From NCBI GenBank assembly GCA_964449345.1, contig CAYUYT010000004.1:1-47202 (forward strand): DNA of 47,202 nucleotides, given 5' to 3'. Positions 1 to 8,894 of this stretch are shown here, one piece after another. The notes under the pieces are model-generated. The model made no database searches. It worked only from the letters and a program-made list of their open reading frames with translations, and was not told the DNA's origin. Both the position numbers and the translations under genes were made by a program. The stretch's first letter is position 1. The number at the start of each line of letters is the position of its first letter. This DNA is from an uncultured Spirochaetia bacterium (GTDB lineage Bacteria > Spirochaetota > CALGPD01).

Positions 1-137
1 TAATCCGGCACCCCCGGACCGCCGTGTAAAAGTAAAATAATTTCTTTATTGTTAGGCCCTTCAATAGTGAGAAATAGCTCAGATGTTTTCGTTTTTATTG
101 TTAACGTATCAATATTTGAATTAGTTGAATTTAACAT
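1..137 (-). CDS. alpha/beta-hydrolase (proline-iminopeptidase-like), first 45 codons only; gene runs off the left edge
   Basis: Own translation of the minus strand from ATG at 137: MLNSTNSNIDTLTIKTKTSELFLTIEGPNNKEIILLLHGGPGVPD. The HGGPG motif ~37 aa from the start matches S33/alpha-beta hydrolases. AGGAAGG Shine-Dalgarno lies 7 nt upstream. Too short for the ORF track. Confidence 0.5.
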   Translation of the reverse strand, partial: MLNSTNSNIDTLTIKTKTSELFLTIEGPNNKEIILLLHGGPGVPD

Positions 138-238
138 TGTTTTACCTTCCTGTGGATACACGTACAATACTAGCATAGTCAAAAAAATGATTAGAGTTTT
201 TCATTGTTAATTCTCCTTTGCTTGAAAATGTCCGACAA

Positions 239-359
239 CGGGCGGCGGCTATGCGTAGTGTCCCGAGGCGAGTTTTCTCGCCCGAGGGTATTTCGTATAG
301 CCGCTGTTAAGCAAAGTTGCGTAGCAATCTTCCGCTAACAGCGGTGATGCCGCCGCCCG
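239..359. ncRNA. GC-rich three-way-junction structured element (candidate cis-regulatory RNA or small RNA; family unknown)
   Basis: Perfect 11-bp closing helix cgggcggcggc (239-249) / gccgccgcccg (349-359). Arm 2 is tatgcg (250-255) / cgtata (294-299), enclosing hairpin ggcgag-tttt-ctcgcc (267-282). Arm 3 is ccgctgtta (301-309) / taacagcgg (336-344). Flanks are AT-rich. It lies ~100 nt upstream (minus-strand sense) of the hydrolase start. Confidence 0.3.
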
Positions 360-604
360 ATATATTATAACTTTAATTCTGAAAAGTAACAATATATGCA
401 GTATAATAAAACCTTAGCATAAATAACTAACATTCCAAAAGTAAAGCACTACAAGTAATTTTATATTCAACGCATGGAAATTGCAACTATTTTTTATCAA
501 AAAAGTGGACTAGATTGCGCCGGAAAAGCAGGCCTAGTTTAAGCCGGAATATGCAATATGTGGACTTTCATTAAATTTCTAATCTTTACATTAAAGCTCG
601 TTTT

Positions 605-710
605 TATACTAAAGTGATTTTAAAATCAAAGTATTGTATATTGTAATTGCTTTTCAACCGACACTTTAAAGTGTCGGTTGCATAAAATTTAAAGTATTAT
701 TAGTATATAT
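605..710 (+). repeat. 106-bp MITE-like dispersed repeat, copy 1
   Basis: Identical by eye to 14979-15084 and to the reverse complement of 29227-29332. Termini are tatactaa...ttagtata (inverted). Internal 26-bp perfect palindrome caaccgacactttaaagtgtcggttg at 655-680. Confidence 0.85.
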
Positions 711-1044
711 ATTGTAATTTTCAATTGGATTAAGTTTCATTTATTAACTTTACGCTTGCGTGTTCTCTACCTGATGTCTTTTTTTTTGTTTTCGTGCTTA
801 AAGGGTTGTGAGCCAAGTCCGTTGATTCTAAGTTGAATTTTGTGCAGGTAACGCACCTGCACCTACAAAACTACGATGTAAAAAAATATCTGCGTTTAAT
901 CCTTTCGAATCTGCTATAATTGTATATTTAAAAAACGTGTTGGATTTTTTTCCCTATCTTTAACGTTCTTCTTTGTTAGTATATCTCGTTGCTTGCTTTA
1001 TGATGTCTGTAAATTTCAGAAAATAATAAATTGGATTTAGCGTT

Positions 1045-2508
1045 TTAACTGATTTTTATCTTATGATATAAATTTTTTAAGTCTTCCGGTTCTCTTAGTT
1101 CGAAAAAATCTTTAACCTCGTTTTCAATTAATGAATAGTTTAAATCATCAAGTCCTTTATTCAAAGCAATGTGATTAGCCAGATACACCGTATATATTAC
1201 GCTTGTATTTTCTTTTGCCATTAAAGGTTCGTGATGATAACTAATTGCGTGAACGAGAATTTTAGGAAATTCCCAATGTTCTGCAATTTTTCCGCCGATT
1301 AAAGCATGACTTAACCCCATCATTATTTCTTCGACAATGGGAAGTTCAATGCCTTTTTTACTGCATACATCTTCGATTATTTTTGCTTTTTCTTTATCAA
1401 TGCCCATTAAAATGATTTTACCTATATCGTGTAAAAGCCCTGCAGTGAATATTGAATCTTCATTTTGTTTTAAATTGGCAATTTTACAAATCTTGCCTGC
1501 ATAAGCCGCAGTTTCATAAGAATGTTTCCATATTTCTTCAACAGTGCCGAACCTTTGGCTTAAAATTTTCATAGCTCCGTAGGAATATAAAATGCCTTTC
1601 ATTCCTTTTATTCCGAGGTAATTTAATGCTTCGGTAATTGATTCGATTTTTCTCGTTAACGCAAACTGTGCAGAATTAACGAGTTTTAAAACATCTGCGG
1701 ATAACGAAGGGTCGCTACTTACCTGATTTGCAATGTCTTTCACGGTAACATCCGGCTGAAGTAATTTAGCTAAAATAGCTTTAATGTTTGCAGGGAATTT
1801 AGGCAATGTTGTAATCTGACTTAATATTTCTTTTGCAAAATCGCTATAAGGCGGAGGGGTAACTTCAGAATATTTAAAAGATAACTTTGCAATAGTCCTT
1901 CCCTCGTTTGTGCCTATTTTTAGAGATGAGCTTTTAATACCTACCTGTTCAAGTATCTGAAAAGTTAAAAACAATCCTAACCCTGCGCCTTCCGCAGTCT
2001 CTTCGTTTTCATTGCCGAAATAATGCTCTCCGTTTTGTTTGAAATTTTTGTATTTTTGAACTTTGGTATTTATATTATTGATTTCTTCTTTGGTAAGTGT
2101 TGAACTATTTATAACGAAAACGGAAAAATTATCATCCGCGTATTCCTTAAACATAACTTTTACATATTGTTGGTAATCATCAAGCATGATTTCAAGACTA
2201 TTTAAATCGCTATGTAAAGTTTGTTTAAATCCTATAGATCCTTTTTGATAATCTTCGGGAAGGTTTATATATAAATCATTTTGCTTGAAATAAACTCTTT
2301 TTAAATTGGCTTTGTTTGCATTAGTAATAAATTCTCTTAAAACGTATGACAAAGGAATTTTTAAATGTGGGTACTTTCTGTTCAATAGAATATTAGATAA
2401 AGCGCTATCAATTTTATCTAGAAACTTTGGTTCAACACAAGAAATTTCAAAAAGTAAAACCTGTTTTTGCTTTACTTTGTCGAGCAAATTTTCCCTTTCC
2501 GCTAACAT
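1045..2508 (-). CDS. HDOD domain signalling protein with N-terminal GHKL (histidine-kinase-like ATPase)-type region
   Basis: 487-aa ORF. The C-terminal half has the HDOD pattern (LPKFPANIKAIL...DPSLSADVLKLVNSAQFAL...GLLHDIGKIILM). The N-terminal half has ATPase-lid-like AEGAGLGLFLTFQILEQ. Confidence 0.75.
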   Translation of the reverse strand: MLAERENLLDKVKQKQVLLFEISCVEPKFLDKIDSALSNILLNRKYPHLKIPLSYVLREFITNANKANLKRVYFKQNDLYINLPEDYQKGSIGFKQTLHSDLNSLEIMLDDYQQYVKVMFKEYADDNFSVFVINSSTLTKEEINNINTKVQKYKNFKQNGEHYFGNENEETAEGAGLGLFLTFQILEQVGIKSSSLKIGTNEGRTIAKLSFKYSEVTPPPYSDFAKEILSQITTLPKFPANIKAILAKLLQPDVTVKDIANQVSSDPSLSADVLKLVNSAQFALTRKIESITEALNYLGIKGMKGILYSYGAMKILSQRFGTVEEIWKHSYETAAYAGKICKIANLKQNEDSIFTAGLLHDIGKIILMGIDKEKAKIIEDVCSKKGIELPIVEEIMMGLSHALIGGKIAEHWEFPKILVHAISYHHEPLMAKENTSVIYTVYLANHIALNKGLDDLNYSLIENEVKDFFELREPEDLKNLYHKIKIS

Positions 2509-2988
2509 AAATAACCCCTCTTACTATTAAATAAATAAACATGAATAAATAATTATGTCAAGAAATAATATTTATTTTATGAAATTTTATACGTTTTATA
2601 ATATTATTTACATTAAAAATATATATTTATTACAAAACTGTTGCGAAATATAATTTTTGTTATTTGAATATCAATTAAAATGTTGAGTATTAAGCAATTT
2701 ATGCTCTGATTAAGCCGGTTCACTTGACGCGGTTTTATTACACGGTTATATTTGAATTTTAATACCAAAATTCGTTAGAATGTAGAATTTAAATTACAAA
2801 CGGAGAAAAATAAATACATAATAATATAAATTATTCCTAAATATTTAAAATAATTATAATGTAGATGATAAAGTAATATTTCTATTCAACTCCATTGTGA
2901 AATTTATATGACATTCTGCAATTTAAAACAAAATGGTATTATAAGGGATTAAAAATAATAACGCATAAAACGCTAAAGAGAGATTAAA

Positions 2989-4380
2989 ATGGGCAAAAAC
3001 AAAAATGACGATTTAATGAAAAAAGTTGTATCACTGTGTAAAAGAAGAGGCATGATTTTTCCCGGAAGTGATATTTACGGTGGTCTTGCTAATACATGGG
3101 ATTACGGGCCATTGGGCGTAGAATTAAAAAATAACGTTAAGCGGGAGTGGTGGAAATATTTTGTGCATCGCCGTGAAGATATGGTGGGGCTTGATGCGGC
3201 TATTTTGATGCATCCGAAAACGTGGGAGGCATCAGGCCACGTAGGCTCTTTTTCCGACCCCCTTGTTGATTGTAAGCAATGTAAAACGCGTCATCGGGGC
3301 GACCATTTAATAGAAGACCAGCTTGATGCAGATTGCGCAGGCTGGACACTTGATAAAATTTCAGAAACTATTCAAAACGAAAATGTAAAATGTCCAAATT
3401 GCGGAGCAAGTGATTTTACGCCTGCACGGGAATTTAACCTTATGTTTAAAACGCATCAAGGCGTTGTTGAGGATTCAACTAACCTTGTTTACCTAAGGCC
3501 GGAAACAGCGCAGGGAATTTTCGTTAACTTTAAAAACGTTTTAAATACAGCGAGAAAAAAAATACCCTTCGGAATCGCACAAATTGGAAAAGCGTTTAGA
3601 AACGAAATTACTCCGGGTAATTTTACTTTCCGCACCCGTGAGTTTGAACAAATGGAGATTGAGTTTTTCGTTAGACCGGGAACTGAGTTGGAATGGCATG
3701 AAAAATGGTCGAATTATTCAATGGAATGGTTTGTTAACCTCGGCATCAGAAAAGACAAACTTAGGTTTCGTGAACACTCTGAAGACGAACTTTCGCATTA
3801 TTCTAACCGTACGCTTGATATTGAATACGAGTTTCCTTTTGGCTGGGGCGAACTTGAGGGGATTGCTTCAAGAACGGATTTTGATTTGAAGCAACACACC
3901 GAGTTTTCAAACGAAGTGCTTGAATATTTTGAACAGGCATCAGGCGAACGTTATGTTCCTTTTGTAATTGAACCGTCTTTCGGAGCAGACAGAACGGTTT
4001 TAACATTTATTGTAGATGCTTATCGTGAAGACACTTTAGAAGATGGCTCTGTAAGAACGTGGATGAAATTGGATCCCCGTCTTGCACCGATTAAAGTTGC
4101 AATTTTGCCGTTAAAAAAGAATCACGAAGGCATAAAAAGCAAAGCCCGGGAAATTTTCAACGCTTTAAGCATACATTTTAACGTGATGTATGATGATACC
4201 GGTTCAATTGGTAAACTTTACAGACGGCAGGACGAAGTAGGTACGCCGTATTGCGTAACCGTTGATTTTCAAACAATCGAAGAAGACAACAAAGTTACTG
4301 TTCGAAACCGGGATACAATGGAACAGGAACGCGTTGATGTGAATAAATTAACGGAATATTTCGCGCCAAAATTTATCTAG
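2989..4380 (+). CDS. glyQS: glycine--tRNA ligase (homodimeric class II GlyQS type)
   Basis: 463-aa ORF. Hallmark stretches: GGLANTWDYGPLGVELKNNVKREWW, LRPETAQGIFVNF, FRNEITPGNFTFRTREFEQMEIEFF, EPSFGADR. Confidence 0.95.
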   Translation: MGKNKNDDLMKKVVSLCKRRGMIFPGSDIYGGLANTWDYGPLGVELKNNVKREWWKYFVHRREDMVGLDAAILMHPKTWEASGHVGSFSDPLVDCKQCKTRHRGDHLIEDQLDADCAGWTLDKISETIQNENVKCPNCGASDFTPAREFNLMFKTHQGVVEDSTNLVYLRPETAQGIFVNFKNVLNTARKKIPFGIAQIGKAFRNEITPGNFTFRTREFEQMEIEFFVRPGTELEWHEKWSNYSMEWFVNLGIRKDKLRFREHSEDELSHYSNRTLDIEYEFPFGWGELEGIASRTDFDLKQHTEFSNEVLEYFEQASGERYVPFVIEPSFGADRTVLTFIVDAYREDTLEDGSVRTWMKLDPRLAPIKVAILPLKKNHEGIKSKAREIFNALSIHFNVMYDDTGSIGKLYRRQDEVGTPYCVTVDFQTIEEDNKVTVRNRDTMEQERVDVNKLTEYFAPKFI

Positions 4381-4786
4381 TTAGGTATAATCCGGTGGCT
4401 TATACGTAAACAAAGCTTGCGGATTATACAAAAAATGAGTATTGTTTTTAAAGTAAATAGAATATGGTGAAGCGTAAAAATTTGATATAAATTTGTCGAC
4501 TTTTCTATTTTTTTAAAGAAAAATGGTTTTATATTAATACACATTTTTAGTATTAATCGTTATCTTTAGAAAAAGAATAAATTACCAGAAATTACATTAT
4601 AATGTTAAATTGGATTTATTTAAATTTTAAAAAAGCATAAAAAAACGCAAAAAATAAAGACGGCATTAGTCAATATCGCCTCTTTTGCTAATTAAAACGT
4701 AATATATTTTTGATATATATTTCGAAAATAGCGTTTATTGGTATTTTTACAATATTAATCTTTGTCATTAGTATTTGGGAAGTGAT

Positions 4787-5278
4787 ATGAATTATTACAT
4801 TTACGCTCCGGTTGATGAGTTGTTAGCTAAACAAATAAAAAATTGGCGTTACAATTATGATAGGGATAACGTTAACAATAGTATTCACGTTGTTGTTTCC
4901 GAAGAAGAACATGATTATGCCAACGTAAAAAGACTCGTTATTCACGTACAAAACAGCGTTAAAAATATGAATTCTATTAACGTTCAAGCCGGAGAAATCG
5001 AAATTTATAATGATTGGTTAATATGTAATATTAAAGAAAATAATAAATTAAAAAAATTCCTTCAAATACTTCATTCCAACGGAAAATACTTCAGGAATTG
5101 CTGCAAACCGCCTTACATACCGATAATTAATACATACGGTATGGAGTTGACCCAAGAAGTAATTCAGCACATACGAAAAGATTTTAAAAATAAAAGTTTT
5201 TTCATAAGGCAAATGTGTTTATTCGTTAATTACAGCAAAGTGAAAGCGCCTGAAAAAATTAAGATGTTTAACTTATAA
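4787..5278 (+). CDS. hypothetical protein
   Basis: ORF 4775-5278. ATG at 4787 is preceded by GGGAAG. I recognise no family. Confidence 0.5.
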   Translation: MNYYIYAPVDELLAKQIKNWRYNYDRDNVNNSIHVVVSEEEHDYANVKRLVIHVQNSVKNMNSINVQAGEIEIYNDWLICNIKENNKLKKFLQILHSNGKYFRNCCKPPYIPIINTYGMELTQEVIQHIRKDFKNKSFFIRQMCLFVNYSKVKAPEKIKMFNL

Positions 5279-5365
5279 CTATGCCGTTAAATAAATTAAG
5301 AAGAATGTTTACGGTGTAAAATTTACCGTGAATTTATTTTATTTTCGTATTATAATGTAAATGCT

Positions 5366-8050
5366 ATGAATAACAACTATTTAGAAGATATAGAAAAAAG
5401 CATAAAGTTAAGGCCTTCGCAGAAAGCAATATTAAAAGTTATTGAGCACTCGATTAATAATGGTGAAATGGATTCTGCAACGGAACTGACTAAAAAATTG
5501 GGTATGCGCTTAAACCCGAAAGACAAAAATAAATTTAACGAAACACTTTCAAAAATAGATTCATTGCGTCCCCATCTTTTAAAGTCAAAAATAATAACTA
5601 AACAGCAAGCTGCAAAAATAGAACAAACGCAAAAAAAAGTTAAATCCCAAAAAACTGAACAAAAAGCAGGACAAGAATCGGTTGAAGAAATAACTGAAAC
5701 CGGAGAAACCATTGAACAGCAAGCGCAAGAAGCAGAAAAAAGCGAACAAAAATCGGCAAAAATAAATGAAACGGAAAAAGAAAAATTAGCCGCAGATGAA
5801 AAACAACCTTCAAAAAAACAATTAGACGAACAAAAATCTAAATTCGGCGGTGAACAAATCGTTGTTGAGGGTGAAGTAGTTCAAATTTCTACGGATAAAC
5901 ACAGACCAGAAGGAACAGGACAGCGACATCCAAGGCAAGCCAATGAACAAAAGCAAGCGCAAATAGATGATTTTTCATCATTGCAAGACGGCGGATTGCC
6001 GCCTTCGGCTGTAAACTCGCCAACGGAAATGGATATGGCGGAGTTAAGCGGGGAGTTGCCGGAAACGAAAACCGATTCGGTAAGCCCCCCTAAACAGCAG
6101 CAAATACCCGATAATTTCATTACACCGGACGGGCATTATAATTCTCTCGGTTTAAACCTTGTCCCTGAATTCGTTGAAGGCAAACCTCCTGGAGTACCGC
6201 CTAAGGATCAAAATAGAGATTCTATTGGCAGAGGCATACCGTTCCCGTATTCAGGTCAGTTTGTGCCTCCGTCTGAAATCGGTCAACAGTCTTCTACGGA
6301 GAAACAAATACCTTCAGAGCAACAATCAGATGGGCAAATACAATCCGGCCAGCAAGGCAGTATTCCCGGCGAAACCAAAGTGCAGGGTAGCGGTGGTACG
6401 CCCACAGGGCAAACAATCCAGCCGCCTGGTGAAGAACAAAATTTACAGGGAACGCAAAGTGCGGGCGGAGGTTATCCGGCGGATTTTTCTTTTCCGGAGC
6501 AAGGAGCTTTTTCTCAAAATCAGCAAGGATTGCCACCCGGCGCAGGTCAGGGGATGCCTTTTCCCGTTCCTATGCCAATACCCGGAAATTTTTCATCACC
6601 GTCTGAAATGGGTATGCAGGGTACAGGAGGGCAAGGCGGTTTTCCTGAAATTCAACAAGGATACGATAAATTATCCGATTTAATCGAGGAGATGCAAAAA
6701 CAAATTCAACAATTTCCGGGCATGGGCGGGGGAACTGGTCAGCCGTCCGCAACGCCTTCAAGTACTCAAAACGCGCCTCAGCAATTATCAGGCAGAGAAA
6801 AAGATTCCGGACTTATTTCAGAAGATGATATAAAGGATATTGTCGGGCAGGGGGGCACAAATGATTCCATGCTTATGATTGATACTAAGGATATTGGAAG
6901 CGGAGTAAAAATAGGCGGTCAGGAAATCCCTGAACTTAATTTTAGCGAAAAATCAATGTCCGACCCTGAAATCAAACCCGTTTTACAGGCACAAGGCATA
7001 GCATCTCAAGGAAATATATCTGATTCTTTGGATGCATCGGACGTAGTTTCCAACGTTTCAACTCCCGGAAGCACACCTTTTGAGTACGCACCTATTCCCG
7101 GTGGGAACGTCCCCCCAGAACAGCCTCAACAAGGGCAACAACAACCCGTTACTACTCCCCAACCGGCGGTTGATCAAGGATTAAATAACGCTTTAAAAGA
7201 AGCGTTGTCCGGATTATTAACTGATGCTGTTGAATCTTTTAAGGATGAAAATAAGGATATATATGATAAGATAGACAAAAAATCTGAACCGGAAACGGAA
7301 AAAATGAAAATGCCTGAGTTTGAAGAGGAAGAAGACGAAGGCGAACCTTGGATGCGGGATGCAAAAGACACGGAGTTTAAAGTTCATTCCTTTGATGAAG
7401 CAGAAGATGAGTCAATAGGACAACACGACCCTTATGCTGATGTTGAAGATGAAGATGAGATAAAGCCCGACCCGTTTAAAGACGTTAATAAAGGGCTTTT
7501 TGATGAAGTAGAAAGAAAACCTAAAGATTTCAAAGAAGAATTAACAGAAGCTTATAAAGATGAAGACGGAATAAAAGTTGAAACTAAAACATCTGAAAGT
7601 GGCGGCAAAGAAATTGTGTTCACTAATTTGGACGCTTCCAAGAAGAAAAAAAAACCCCCTAAAAAACCCCCTAAACGCGTTCGTTTATCATATTCTTTTA
7701 GAAATTTATTTAACAACAAAACGTATATAAAATATAAAGAAATATTAAATAGAGCTGCGATTTTGGTTGCAGAAAAACGTCTTGACGAAGCTTTGGACTA
7801 TTATTACACAATCCGAGACCAAAATATTCCTAATGTTTTTAAAATGATGGTACAACAAAACATTGATGACATTGAAGATACCATAATGAGAACGTTTCAG
7901 TATTCAGATACTATCGTTAAAGTCAAGGATTCGGGTAGAGCCATACGGCTTAAAGATATTAACGAATATGAGCGTCAGATTGAAGAAGAGGAAAAAGAAA
8001 GAATAGCTTCACGGCAGGAAGAAGTTCTATACTCAGAAGACGAAGAGTAA
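5366..8050 (+). CDS. large low-complexity (Q/G/P/E-rich) protein with structured N- and C-terminal ends
   Basis: 894-aa uninterrupted ORF. About 600 central residues are Q/P/G/E/S-rich. The C-terminal ~130 aa look helical or TPR-like (LDEALDYYYTIRDQ). Antisense ORFs in this span are shadows. Confidence 0.7.
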   Translation: MNNNYLEDIEKSIKLRPSQKAILKVIEHSINNGEMDSATELTKKLGMRLNPKDKNKFNETLSKIDSLRPHLLKSKIITKQQAAKIEQTQKKVKSQKTEQKAGQESVEEITETGETIEQQAQEAEKSEQKSAKINETEKEKLAADEKQPSKKQLDEQKSKFGGEQIVVEGEVVQISTDKHRPEGTGQRHPRQANEQKQAQIDDFSSLQDGGLPPSAVNSPTEMDMAELSGELPETKTDSVSPPKQQQIPDNFITPDGHYNSLGLNLVPEFVEGKPPGVPPKDQNRDSIGRGIPFPYSGQFVPPSEIGQQSSTEKQIPSEQQSDGQIQSGQQGSIPGETKVQGSGGTPTGQTIQPPGEEQNLQGTQSAGGGYPADFSFPEQGAFSQNQQGLPPGAGQGMPFPVPMPIPGNFSSPSEMGMQGTGGQGGFPEIQQGYDKLSDLIEEMQKQIQQFPGMGGGTGQPSATPSSTQNAPQQLSGREKDSGLISEDDIKDIVGQGGTNDSMLMIDTKDIGSGVKIGGQEIPELNFSEKSMSDPEIKPVLQAQGIASQGNISDSLDASDVVSNVSTPGSTPFEYAPIPGGNVPPEQPQQGQQQPVTTPQPAVDQGLNNALKEALSGLLTDAVESFKDENKDIYDKIDKKSEPETEKMKMPEFEEEEDEGEPWMRDAKDTEFKVHSFDEAEDESIGQHDPYADVEDEDEIKPDPFKDVNKGLFDEVERKPKDFKEELTEAYKDEDGIKVETKTSESGGKEIVFTNLDASKKKKKPPKKPPKRVRLSYSFRNLFNNKTYIKYKEILNRAAILVAEKRLDEALDYYYTIRDQNIPNVFKMMVQQNIDDIEDTIMRTFQYSDTIVKVKDSGRAIRLKDINEYERQIEEEEKERIASRQEEVLYSEDEE

Positions 8051-8157
8051 TATTTTCTACTATGATTATTTTTACTTTGAATTTTACGTTATTAAGTTTT
8101 GTCTTTGATTTTTTCATTAAATAAGCGTATAAAATCATAGTGAATAAAAAATTTTTA

Positions 8158-8472
8158 ATGCAAATAGGCGAACTGGCAAAAAAATGCGGAATATCCGTAC
8201 AGGCATTACGTTATTACGAAAAAATTGCATTAATAAAACGCGTTTTCGAGCTTAAAGCCAAATTGATAAACGCGTTTCATAACGGATATGAAAATATATA
8301 TCACCAACGCGTTGATTGGGAACTTGCTATGGAAATAAAATCACACCATGATAATTCAAATTTTATGCTAAAATTTGATAAAAAATGGAATTCACCACAT
8401 AAAAAGCAAAACAGATTGAAAGATAAGAAATCCCCCGTGTTTTACCGCAAAGAGCTTTCTTGCCCCCTTTAA
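8158..8472 (+). CDS. MerR-family HTH protein, divergent or truncated
   Basis: MQIGELAKKCGISVQALRYYEKIALI is a canonical MerR N-terminal HTH. The remainder is atypical, and its 3' end runs into a dispersed repeat. Confidence 0.45.
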   Translation: MQIGELAKKCGISVQALRYYEKIALIKRVFELKAKLINAFHNGYENIYHQRVDWELAMEIKSHHDNSNFMLKFDKKWNSPHKKQNRLKDKKSPVFYRKELSCPL

Positions 8473-8492
8473 ATAAAGAGGGCGGATTTTTT
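8463..8492 (+). terminator. intrinsic terminator after the MerR-like ORF
   Basis: Stem cccccttt / aaagaggg (one mismatch) with loop aaat, followed by a T8 run. Confidence 0.55.
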
Positions 8493-8894
8493 TTATACGT
8501 TGTGATTATGAATTTAAGATAGCTAGACGTAGGGGCAGGTAGGTTACCTGCCAATAGAAGCGACATTAACAAATGTGGCCTCGCAATAAAGTAAAAAAAA
8601 TCGAAATTCCCGTTATTAAATTTTTTAATCCAGATTTTATATATTTTGTTTTTATTCGAAGATAATTAACACTTTATTTGTAAAACGTTAGGTATGGACT
8701 TTCTCTTCTCTTCAAGTCCCCCTTTATTCGAAGGGGGATTTTGGGGGATTTGCCTTTTTTCAAGCCTTGCTTTATCAAAATCAAAGGAATTAAAATAGAA
8801 TAAATTTCCATATTTTTAAACTCATTGGTATAAAACAGAAAATATATATAAATGAACTTTATATTATTATATTTTACCAAAAAAGGAGTGGAAA

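Noticed and set aside
138-204. ATG at 204 with a strong GGAG RBS. A 1-nt change in the adjacent A5/T5 run (197-201) would fuse a signal-peptide-like MKTLIIFLTMLVLYVY to the hydrolase.
   Set aside because: ATG at 137 has its own good RBS, and it places HGGPG at the normal distance for a cytoplasmic enzyme. The hydrophobic reading is probably a T-rich artefact. I kept it only as a possible 20-codon upstream ORF.
510-550. SRP (4.5S) RNA-like word CCGGAAAAGCAGGCC
   Set aside because: The flanks do not fold into the long hairpin with the conserved symmetric and asymmetric loops, and the GNAR tetraloop closing pairs are absent.
815-866. RNase P RNA-like words: GAG..AAGTCC followed by GCAGGTAACGCACCTGC here, and GAGAAAGTCCATAC ... 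GGCAGGTAACCTACCTGCC on the minus strand of 8529-8712
   Set aside because: No complementary P4 3' strand (expected ..GGCTT partner) is present. No other conserved RNase P regions are found. The spacing at the second locus (~170 nt of AT-rich filler) is incompatible. I treat these as part of a degenerate repeat family instead.
2509-2988. Possible T-box leader upstream of glyQS
   Set aside because: There is no T-box sequence (..GGGTGGTACCGCG..) or terminator/antiterminator pair. The region is simply AT-rich.
6159-6683. 174-aa alternative-frame ORF, along with other ORFs nested in or antisense to strong genes: 5377-5712, 5881-6120, 9461-9970, 17030-17476, 26761-27090, 27158-27541, 28476-28802, 37490-37927, 42945-43211, 45487-45807 and others
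   Set aside because: They lie inside well-supported genes with clear family motifs. Their translations are compositionally skewed shadows.
8674-8880. 68-aa minus-strand ORF upstream of coaB
   Set aside because: It is built largely from the GC-hairpin repeat and AT-rich spacer, and it overlaps the coaB promoter region. There is no start context.
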